From Tubiluchus corallicola (lineage: Eukaryota > Animalia > Priapulida), in contig JAQGDQ010000747.1 in the NCBI GenBank assembly GCA_030141605.1, positions 1 to 64,000 of the forward strand: DNA of 64,000 nt. The letters run 5' to 3'. The notes below the pieces were generated by a model that saw nothing but the letters and a program-made list of their open reading frames with translations, had not been told where the DNA came from and did no database searches. Both the position numbers and the translations under genes were made by a program. Numbering within the stretch: the first letter of the stretch is position 1; the number at the start of each line of letters is the position of its first letter. This document shows positions 24,053 through 46,900 of this stretch, in pieces.

Positions 24053-27000
24053 ATGATGGCGGCCTCCAGGGCGAAAGTGTTGATGTTATATAAGCGGTTG
24101 TTGAGAGAAAGCCAGAAGTTTTTTTGGTATAATTATAGGGTATATGCTATAAGAAGAGTAAAAGATTATTTCCGTGAAAATCAAAGTGAATCTGATGTGC
24201 ACAAAATTGACTTTTTAATTCAAAGAGCAGAAGAAAGTCTAGAAATCATAAAAAGACAGGTAATCCTTATTAATTTTTCGCAAACTACGTCCTACCAGTG
24301 CAAGAAAAGCCACATTGACTAATACAATAACTCATCTTTGCATCATTTGGACTATTGTGGCTTTAATTTTGGTAGCCGTTGTGTAAGAAACCCAAAACTG
24401 GTTTATGTCATGCACTCATGATTTGATACACTATATCAGTGGTTCCCAAACTTTCTCGGACCGTTACCCAAATCGGGAAACCCGGTCGTGTCCATTACCC
24501 CCCACCTAGTACTACTTCTCCAACTGAAAAAGTAAACACACGTATATGCCACAAGCAAGCAAAATTATTTATGTTTGCTCGTGACATAAATAAATTTCCA
24601 GGTGTTGTTGTTGTATTGTTGCCAAAACAAGAATTACAATTACTGAACCTGCTCATTACTGAGTGAGCAGGTTCGTTCGAGTAATTATTACTCGAACAAA
24701 CGAAAACAAGAAGAAATGAATGACAACAACAAAATCTCAGTTAGTGGGACGGATGAGCCTGTTTTTCGGACGCCAGTTTCTCAATCCTGGGTTTCGTCAG
24801 GCTCAAAGCAACGCGTGCATCGCTTTCCACGTCCAACCTATCGATAGAGAAGAAACCAAAGAAACAATCGTGAACTTTGACTTCTCCCCAGGATCGCACC
24901 AGAGATGGTGGGAACGTGCGAATGATGGACCCCATGACACAGTGTTGCCTGCCGGAGGCAGTCTCTTCAAGAAGAAAACTACGTAAAATGCATTCCGAGC
25001 GAAGTTTTAAAAATTTTCAGAGGGGTGCCCGTTACCCCCCCAAAAAAACCATATTACCCCCGGGGGGTAATTTACCCCTACTTTGGGAACCACTGCACTA
25101 TATACACTACACATAGAGCAAAAACAAAGTCATCTATAACTAAGGGTACTAGAATCATGCTGTAGAAAAACTCAGTGTTTGCAGACATGTTTCTCATGAA
25201 TGAAATCTATATTTCGTTCTTCAATGGCATTAACATACGTTTAGATAAGGTGTGGTGTTTGTGAAATCTGTAGTGTATTTATAAAATAGTTTTAACATTT
25301 TTGAGTTATCGTAGCCATCTGTGTTAGCTTACGGTACCTAGTCTTAGTAAATAGGTTTAGGTTAAGTAGGTGCACTGACAACACTCTTTTGTAATCTATT
25401 ACACATGTCCACTGCATGATGTGAAAAGAATGACCTCCTGCAATTAGTTCTTACATAGGGCTTGAATAGTTTCTTCAAGCGACCACGAATGGACTGTAAA
25501 GACGCAGCTTTGAATATGTTCTTACAAGAAGCACGAATACATTCTCACATGAAACACATTCAGATACTTGTATGTCTCTTCACAGTTGGAGAATGTATGT
25601 TTCTGTTTATAAAACCAGTCTGTCTTGGACATTTTGCAGTCCCTTAATGTCAAACTGTAGTGAAGGAGACTTAGAAGTTTTCCTTGTAACACTGTCATCT
25701 TATGGCTACCTTCGAATACACACATAATGAATAATTAATGATCTTCAGTTCAGTAAACAAATATAGCTTGATTATATGTGATGCCCAAAAATGTGAAATA
25801 ATTATAATTAGTCTTGAATTTCTGACTCAGAAGCAGGGCTTGAAATACCTGGATTCTCACAGCAGTTCACTCTGCAAATTATTACTAGTGGCATAGCAAG
25901 TGCTTGTGGCATCCCGTGGCAAAAAACTTCTCCCTACCCTTTTAATGTTTGGATCATTTGTTTCATGAGTGAAACCAAACATTTTCACGTTTTTGCGTCC
26001 CTCAGCCCGACTCCTTTTTTGACATGATGGGATAAAGATAAACAAATTTTTCGTAAGACTCACCCTGAATTTCATTCATGGTACTACACCAGAGTAACTC
26101 TTTTCCAAGTATTAGTTGTGCGTAACGCTGTAGTCCTTAAGCATTCAGTTCCAGCATTGAAACATGCAAAGATTATGAATGATACAGAACACTGATGATC
26201 TCTGACTAGTAATTTTGTTGTAGTTTAAAAACTTTTGTTAATTGCTAATTATTGTTCGTTAATGTCGGATTAGTAATTATTAATTAACAGTTGTTGAAGT
26301 CTAGATAAATTTTGCGCCATCTCACCCTTGCACCCGGGTGGCAATTGCCCCACAGTGCTATGCCTCTGCTGTTGCTTCCTGTTTTTAGTCTGGCAGAGCA
26401 ACGACTACTCACCAAAACTTTACTGTTTCCATTTCACATTAATTAAATAGATAAGTTTTACGAATGCATGCCTGTCTGTGCTGAAGAGAACATATACATT
26501 TTGCCAAGTTGCTTAAAAACTTTGGTTGTCATTATTAGTTCACACAGAAATCGTGTTTTGTACAGCCATTCTTCGGTCATGCAAATGCAAATTTTAAACG
26601 AACAGTATTTGCCTGTGCAAATTTTTTTAACTTAATACAGCTATCAATCACCTCAGCGTGTTTAGTGTGATACAATAATTAAACAATCTGTTCACATTTT
26701 AATAATAACTCAGAAGTACAGAAGTGAGTCATTATTTGGGCAACAGTAACTATGCCAGAAAAAAGCGAACTGATTAGACTTAATCTTATGACGGTTAAAG
26801 TACAATAAATAAGTGCATAGCTAAAGTTGAAAGGGTAATACTTCATTCCCTCTTTTTAATAGGTGAATCCTCAAAACTCAGAATACTACAAGACCTTTGC
26901 TTACAAGCATAAATAAGCCAGACTCATTAGTCACTATAATGCTAACTTTTTCCAGGCTGTAAAAAAAGCTTGTGTACCAAATTGTCAATACTAGCACAAA

Positions 27001-27703
27001 GTGTTTTTTATATATAATTGGTAATGTACATGCAGTTGAGCGTAAACAACTTGAATTTTTGGAACTTCCTCTGATGCTGGATTAGATTGGAAGAGTAAAT
27101 TACTTAATTCTGTTTCTCCTCGACTAGCAAAGTATTGTTAATGGCTTTCTCTTTTATTTAAATTATTATAGCGGTAATTATTTTTGTCTTTCTATGCTAC
27201 TAACAAATTGAAAATTGTACATTATGCAAATTTCGAAGTAAATAACAACAATAATAATGACTGTATAAATCCACAGTTGTAATACATAAGTTATAAGAAA
27301 GCATGTATAATAAATATGTGATTAACACATCACAAATGATTACAAAAGCACATTTAGTTTAAAGGCAATGCAAGGAAGAAAACAGATCGCCGCTCTGCGT
27401 AACAATTAATTTAGTCCTCGTTTTTATTTTGGCAGAGCATATTGTAGTACTTTGCAAAGAAAGTAACGTATTGGACCACTGTCTAAAAGCAGCAGGGCAT
27501 TACATTTTTTTAACCATTACACTATTTGCTGCCTATTGCAACGTGTGCATCACAATGGGTTACCAGCATATCCAGCTATTATTGCTGGTTTGTTTTAGAA
27601 TTTTACAGCTCAATAATAACTTCTGTTGCAGGTGCTAATAGGAAATATGTATAGGACAACACGAACAATTATTGAAGGTCCAAAATCAGATAAACCACAA
27701 TAG
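24053..27703 (+). CDS. LYRM4: LYR motif-containing protein 4 (ISD11; mitochondrial Fe-S cluster assembly), 2 exons, 92 aa
   Basis: Exons 24053-24259 and 27632-27703 (CAG|GTAATC ... TTGCAG|GTG, phase 0). Translation MMAASRAKVLMLYKRLLRESQKFFWYNYRVYAIRRVKDYFRENQSESDVHKIDFLIQRAEESLEIIKRQVLIGNMYRTTRTIIEGPKSDKPQ* has the LYK/LYR motif, YNYR.YA.RR..D.FR.N and I.RQV..G.Y. Confidence 0.96.
24437..25095. mobile_element. Non-autonomous hAT (Charlie/Buster-type) element, 659 bp, in the LYRM4 intron
   Basis: Perfect 14-bp TIR CAGTGGTTCCCAAA ... TTTGGGAACCACTG and a perfect 8-bp TSD CACTATAT at 24429-24436 and 25096-25103. Subterminal TTACCC/GGGTAA repeats. Confidence 0.93.
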
Positions 27704-29351
27704 CATTTGTAGTGTCTAGTCATATGCAATGTAACTAATTGTATATCATGTCAAAGAACAGAAAGCAAAGTGGCTATGGCTTCCAGGCAAACAGCAGTTC
27801 AAACTATCTTGAATCAATTCTCTAGTGCTTGCAAGAAGGAGGGAAAACCATCAAATAAGTTATAACAATATACTGTTTTTCCTGTACAACACGACTTGCC
27901 AAGTTTTTTTAGCAACTTAGTCTCAGGGACGGTAGCAGATAACTTGACCTTGTAAATTATCAGTTTGGAGAGTCATTCATTAGTATCTTGTTAATCGTGT
28001 TATTTGTATTCTTTATGTAAATATTCTTTGAAATGTGTACTTGTGTAGATGTGTCAAAAATGGTCTGTATTTGACATTAAGCATTTGGCATCAGTTTATA
28101 ATTACCATGTTGTATGTTAGGATCTTTCGGATGTAGATTTGTGTTATAAGCTAGGGCTAGTTAAAAATAATAGTTGTTGTTAGCATAGCAATTTAACTAT
28201 CGTTGTGTTCACAAATGTGGTTTCTCTTACACTATGTAAAATTCATCATGACAGTTATCAAAAAAAGCATTTATGATCTTTTGGTACTGTTTATTGTCAG
28301 CCAGCTATAAGACATGTTGTCCAGAAAGCCAGAGAAGCTGAGAATGTTTATAAAGAAAAATTGTTGATAGTAATGTGCATTTATTGCTCTTTCTGTTATC
28401 TGTAAATGAATAACGTGCTGTAAATCATGTCTATCTTACAGAATAATAAAAACAATTAATTTATAATAACTTTGCTTGTTTTTTTTCAAGATATATATAG
28501 TTTTAAATGTAGTCTTAATAAAAAGCCATCTCAAAATGAATAATTAACATATTTCTTTTATTTTAACAAATATAATTTGTTTCATACACTTTCTTATAAA
28601 TTATGTTTAAATCCTCAAATACTTCACTTAATCACTTTATTAATAATGACCACTTTTTTGAGATAGATCCATTAAAACTATAATTTATTTCAAAATTGGG
28701 TAAGGATGAACAATTAACAACATAGAATTTTTTAAGTTGCAAACAACATTAAGCAAAATTTTAACCAGACTATATTGGCCTACCAAATCTGCAGCTTGAG
28801 GAGTAAGATCATGTACAGATAAGCAATTAGCAGCAGTTAACAATGAATATTCAAACTTATTCACCACCAGTACTGGCAAACAGGACTTTGTAACTATTTT
28901 TATAACCTTTTATCTACATAAAAACAACTGTTACGAAGTTAACTTTTAAATAATAACTTCATTTTGGTGGTATACCCAGAAAAATACATTTTAAATGAAC
29001 CTTTTTGAGACTGTATTAGTGTGGACTACTATTGTCCATCTTTTAGCATAAACATATGCCACTGAATAAATCTACAGGAAAGTTCTGATCGTGTATTACA
29101 TGAGTTACATGAGTACCTTTGTTCAGGGTTACTAGGCCTTTGGGGCAAGAACCAATAATTCAAGTGAATGATTTCATATGCTTAAAGTAAAGCCTTTAGT
29201 AAAAGTCTACACTAGCAGGATGATACCAAGTAATAAAAATAATAATATCGTGAATAAACTCAAAACAAATCATTCTTTGCATTCGTTTTTAAGTCAAAAA
29301 ACTAATTTTACAACTGCGACGATCAGTACCAGATTTTATGATTCAGGTCTA

Positions 29352-41007
<11,656 letters not shown>

Positions 41008-42904
41008 GGTTGTGCAAATAAAGCCGTTTGTGAAAAAACGCACTATTCATTGTGCATGCCATAGCTTGCAGACCATAGATATAGAACCAAGTGCTTTGCT
41101 ATTTTCAATTATTTTGGTATTATCGTGTATTTTAGATCATTACTGGTATTTACTGCGCATCAAGTCTAGTTAACAGGCACCTATCCAAAACAAATGAACG
41201 CACTGATAAACGCTTAACAAGTTACATGGCTTGTCTTTTTGTACCCAACACGAAAACTTGTAATCTTTTAAACTATAACCTATAAACAATTAAACATTAA
41301 TACCTTATGGTGTTGAATCCGTGAAAATATCGTTGCTAAAACTGCCAAACAGCTATTAAGTTTAAAAATGCATAGGTAGAGATACATTTTCACACAATTT
41401 CTAACTACATAACATTGATAGTACAATGAATTTCATTGCCTTGGTCTCTTGCAACAGTCATAAAACTAGCTGGTACGCATTAGACCAGACATGGCTGTGT
41501 GTGGATAATAGCTAAATCTTACTGTGTGTTTCCACTACAGTTATTTATAGTATTAACTGCCAGTGAGCGATGTTCACACACAATGTGGGACAAGTAGTCT
41601 GTCCTCAGAACCACAGTAAACGACATGCCTAAAAAATGCTATAAGAGTGGTTAAACTGGTTATGCTCAGTGCTTAGGTGACCGTGTGTACTATTACTAAT
41701 GGTAATAATATTATAGTTAATCAGCCATGAAAAAACCAGACAATACCATAGATCACTGAGTTCTTATAATAACTTGTGCAATAGACAACCATTAATTAGT
41801 ATAACATTCAGATATTAAAGATCCCCATAAAAATATCATCATAAACATTTGACCAGTGCCTCACATATGCATTCACAGCGATTTCACAATCGGCTTAGGA
41901 AATGACAGCTTGCGTTCATTATGCTTGCCTATTGCAAAGAAAAGAATCAATTTGCAAAATTGCAAGTAAAGAATGTGAAATTCACTTTGCTAAAGTAAGT
42001 TCACTCTATGAGCTCTACTATTATTATTTAGCGTAAAATTTGTCGAGCTACAAAATTACATCATTATCCAACTTTGTGCCAAATTTTACAACGTAATGTC
42101 TCAAAAGCAATAAATTCTTCAATGTCTGGCTTAGACAAAATTTGCCAGCATTCATATCCTACAGTTTCACTACAAAAAGACATAGAATCTAATATTAAAA
42201 CGCTGTAGAGAGAAATATTTTAAAGAAATTGTAACTTATAATGGCAAATTTGTTATTGTTCTCTAGACACTAAAGCAATAAATGCATGGTAAAATAATGT
42301 TGTTTTTTACAGCTCGTTACCTTGTGTTATTACATTTTGTTATCTTGCATGGGGTTGACTTAATTTGAATTTGCGCATGCAATACATATGCTTTTCTTTA
42401 ATATAATTATCATTATCTTTCTAAATTTATTATTGCAATTATTTGCAGAAGATATTAGCAATCATTCCTTAAAATTACTTTGCTTACAAGTCACGTTCGT
42501 TTATCCGTGTCTTCTTAATACAAATAAATAAATAGCTCCAAATGCGGCCAGATGTTATAGACTCATCGTAGTATGCACTCAATGTACCTAAGTGTTATTA
42601 GTTCAGATCTTCCGTAAATGCTATAAGTTCAGATCTTCCATTTATAATAAAAACATTACATTAGATGATCGGGGGTTGACTCAAAATCAGATCCAACCAA
42701 GTTGCAGAGTTTGCTCAAAATCAGATCCAACCAGTTTACTGGACAAGCAACTACACTTTTGCAATCTGTCAAGTGGGCTAAGGTGACTACTACATGTAGT
42801 AAGTTCACTGAATCAATACAGCATTTTAACCATATAGCATCAGACAGTCAATTTGCACAATGCGTAAGTACGTAAACACATGAAGACAAGACATGAATGC
42901 TAAG

Positions 42905-43430
42905 TTAGAAAGTCTGAAAAATGTTGCTTCTCCACTGGGACTCCAACCTAAGAACCTCTGTTTCCTTGACAGCTATACGAACCATGTGCACCATATGCAG
43001 AGATATTCAATTTTTTCAATCTCAGAAGTTTATCTACCTACTACAAGCCACAAGAATTCTAGCAACAGAGAATCACAGTACACACATCAAAACGAGGTAT
43101 GAATTCAACTATATAAATGCATGATATTATAATAAATTGAAAACTTTGATATGAGAAACATTGCTCTGTGGCCGCTGTGACTTGAACTCAAGACGTTCTT
43201 CTTTTTGGGCTGTTGTGCTAATCACTATACCTCAGAGGTACTCTGACTTTTCAGACATAGGTAGTCTATCAATGGAAATCACATTCTACACTGTGTCAAA
43301 TGAAGCAGCATAAAATCTATATAAATGTACAAAGCAAATTAGAAAATTAGAAGAATTTGCATCTCCATTGGCACTCGAACACAAGACCTTCTGCTTTCCA
43401 AGCAGATATACTAACCATTACAGTGTAACC
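42905..43430 (-). repeat. Degenerate tandem array of three tRNA-like (SINE-head or pseudo-tRNA) units, period ~200-240 bp
   Basis: Minus-strand units at ~42925-43005, ~43163-43242 and ~43358-43430 each contain A-box-like (TGGTGCACATGG, AGGTATAGTGA, TGTAATGG) and B-box-like (GGTTGGAGTCCC, AGTTCAAGTCAC, TGTTCGAGTGCC) motifs. Unit 3 has a perfect anticodon-like arm TCTGC-TTGGAAA-GCAGA. The spacers share AATCACA..ACAC and CTATATAAATG. Confidence 0.65.
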
Positions 43431-43901
43431 ACAGTTTGTGCAATGTGCCTCTTATATTATGTGTGACAGATCCAGAGTTGAATAACTTGATATTCAGTAA
43501 TCCCATAATTGGAACTCAAAACTTGATGCATTATTGTTTGTTTTAGAGATATAGTAAAAGAGGTGAACATTTCTATTTCAATTTGCATTTTATTGTGTGA
43601 CAATTATGTAACAGCGTTGCCAAATTGTAGAACTGCCTCACACCAAGAGGCCCTATGTAAATAAATGATAGTCGAAATAGTGGCTTTATTATAATTATTA
43701 GCTTTTATGCAGTTTCCCGTGTTGCTAGCAGCGCCGCTTGATGAATACATGCTTATTTGTAGAAAAAAGTTGGAGTTAATCTAGCTGCGTGATCCGTACG
43801 TTTAGCAGTTATTGCCGTGTGAAAAATATTTGGACAATTCTACAAATAACGATATTTTTAACGCCGTGCTTTCTTGCAAAATTCTGTTTTTGTTTTGGAA
43901 G

Positions 43902-46900
43902 ATGTCTTCAAGTGTAGCATCTGTTCCTCTAGATAAAGCTACGAAATATGACCGTCAGCTTCGTTTATGGGGTGATCATGGACAGGCACATCTTGAGGTA
44001 GCCAAAGTGTGCTTGGTGAACGCTACTGCAACAGGGACCGAAATACTGAAGAATTTAATATTGCCTGGTAAGCAAAATTTTGTTACAGTAGTGTAATAAC
44101 TTAAAAAAGGTCCGGTGACACCCTGGTAGACACTTGCTGTCAAAATTCACTATTGACTAGCGTGATACAAAAAGGGGTATTTATTTCTTTATAAACTTGC
44201 ATGTCTCGCTTTGGTTAGCATTGAAACACCTCAAATTTAGCGCCGCACATGCATATTGCAAAAAACGAAAAATCGGGTAAGAAAGCGGAAGTGACGTCCT
44301 GTAAAGAACGACACTGCGCATGTGTGGCTCTCAATGTATTTACGTATAAGCAAAGTCAAACAGTAATGCAGAGACTGGGGTACTCACTGAAGCATTTTTA
44401 AGACTGAGCTCAAATCATAGCTTTGTATTACACTTACTTGAATACACTCTATTTTATAGATATAAAAAATTTAGTAACCAGGTACAACATGTACAAACAA
44501 GTTTTGGCGTGACATCATTGGTATTTCGCGCTGGGCTGCTTTCTTGCTGCAGTTAATTTTCTGTTTTCTGATCATTTCTGCTTTATACATGTCTCACTGC
44601 CAAGTTATCTTTTGCCCGATGTGCCCTTCAGACAATGTTTCTGGCAAAGAGTAATCGTTTTTACGTTTTCAAGCATATAAAATTGTAAAAATATCAGTGG
44701 ATTCTTAGGTACGATTGTCGAGAAAAGAACTAAACAGTAAGGCAGTAATGACAGATTTTGTTCCCTGGGCTGTATCGACATTTTGAGCTGTGCAGACCGG
44801 GTACACCGTGTGACACTTTTCAAGGTTCAAAAGTAACAGCTGTTCATTTTTAGACACTTAGGAAAACCTTTGTGGCACTTTTTCGAATGTGTAAGTGAAG
44901 TTTCAGAGAAGAAAAGCTTTAAATCTTTAAGTCAGAAATATTCTCATAGTCTACAGTTTGACTCCTGATTGACGTGCATATAAGTTTTTTGCAGCTGAGT
45001 ACCTTTATTCTACATGTAGCTGCCCAGATTTTATCTTTTGCCATGTTAGCAGGATAGATGGGCGATTCTATTTGTGGCAAAGGGAAAAGCGTTCTATCAC
45101 AACAGTCGCCTTTTGTGTGATTTTTACGTTTAAAGTAACATGCAAAAAATCCGGGGAAATATTTCAAAATGTGAAGAAAGGGAGGTTACCATTAGAATCG
45201 GGAGTTTCCGTTAAATTGGCTGAGTTGAAATGTCTTACTGCTAACCTAGATTAAATATAGTTTTCATGAAATTTAGCTAGAAAGATTAATTATTACTTTA
45301 CTTACTGTGCATCTAACCCAAAATAGTGGCTAGCAGCATGATTTAATTTGCGGGAGTACTCAACACACCTATTGTTCATACATGCTACATACAGTTTAAG
45401 TAATAGTATAGTAACATCGTGCTGCTCTGTATGCTGTGCTTGTTACTGTAAATTTGCTGTTCCTTGCAGGTTTGTAAATTGAAGACTGATTCTTAGTTTA
45501 TTTCCTATAAATAGATAAAATACTGAAAGAAACATTTTTATTAATAGATAAATAATTACTCAGCAATAACCACTTTTCACAGTGCTCTGCTTGCTGAGGC
45601 CGCTGGTTGTCTACTGTACTGTGCCTATGCCTATTATGTATAGCAATGAGTGTCATAGAGGGCGATCGTATTTGTTGCAGCACCAACTGTGCTTAATTTA
45701 AGTTACCATATCACATAAAAGTATGCCATCAGAATTGTTTTAAAAATTAGGAAATGTATAATTCTGCCTACATTATAAAATAGCATGAAAAATAGTGTCA
45801 TAGGACCTTTAAAATTTCCAGTCCAACAAATTTTATTTGTTGTTAGCTTTTGGGCAAGCTGTGCACATATTCGTTTTCAATTATAATTCCCTCTCTATGC
45901 TTTTTGTTTACTTCCCCTCATCCAACTTGAAAATTAGTTCTTGAACTGTTTTTTTACTGTAGATTACCGCATGTCGACAAGACGAAGTCTACAGGCTGTA
46001 TGTATGCTTTTTGCCCATAGCCTTTTCTCTTGTTAAGCCTTTGTAGTCAGTACAAGCTGGCTAACTGTCTATTTTTTATGTATTACAGGTGTTGGAGCAT
46101 TTACCATTGTCGATGGGCATAAAGTTGAAGGTGAAGATGTGGGAAATAACTTTTTTCTAGATAGCACTAGCATAGGAAAAAGCAGAGCACAGGCATGTAT
46201 ATATTTGTGGCGATGCCCTGTCACTTCGCCCAAGTTTCAGTCTAATTATCTATAATTTACTTGTATAATCGAAAATCGTAAAACAGTAAAAACTTGTCAC
46301 AAAAATTTGCATATTGATATCTTCTGTATTACACAAACAAAGACGCTAATGAAACTTTTTACAACACTAGTAATCTAAACAACATGTCCGCTCTTGTACC
46401 ACTCGTCTTCTGCAGACTCGTGCGCGCCGAACAATCACTGGTCACGTGGTCATTCTGATTGCGTCAGCACAATATTGTCATATCTGATGAACCTCCATTC
46501 GGAAGATTTCTGACTAACTTTTCAAAAGTTTTTGCCTTTTTGTTTGAAGTGTACTGTGCTGTTATAGCATTTAGTTGCATTAACATGCATTAGTATTAAT
46601 TAACATTAATTATTAATATTCTGTAACCCTGATGTAGTTTATGTTTGTTTCTATAGCTAGATTAATTATTAACGTTCGTGCAAAAGCTTTTCTGTATTTC
46701 TTTTTTTTGTTTATGTGTTTTTAGTTGTAGTTTATACTTGTTCACGCAGATAAATTAATCATTAACATTAGTGCTTCATGGTCATAATGACTTTACAATT
46801 TCTTGTAGCTATGTGTTTATTTCCATCATTTTTTAATTATTGTTCCGAGCCTTTGATTTTCTGTTTTCTGACCAAATTTCATTTCAATTCAGCTTAACAG

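Noticed and set aside
24260-24268. U12-like donor at the LYRM4 intron (GTAATCCTT)
   Set aside because: Does not match the GTATCCTT consensus and no TCCTTAAC branch site is seen before the acceptor; an ordinary U2 intron.
24439-25116. Four overlapping ORFs of 64-88 aa
   Set aside because: They lie essentially within the hAT element and show no recognisable domain.
42315-42350. Alternative YIPF1 start exon (minus-strand ATG...AAG|GTAACG)
   Set aside because: Contains in-frame TAA TAA. The exon at 41007-40975 has a strong Kozak context, an open frame and the right phase.
43358-43430. Functional tRNA gene (GGA anticodon loop)
   Set aside because: Only the anticodon arm is intact; the acceptor, D and T stems are mismatched. 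It is treated as part of the decayed tRNA-like array.
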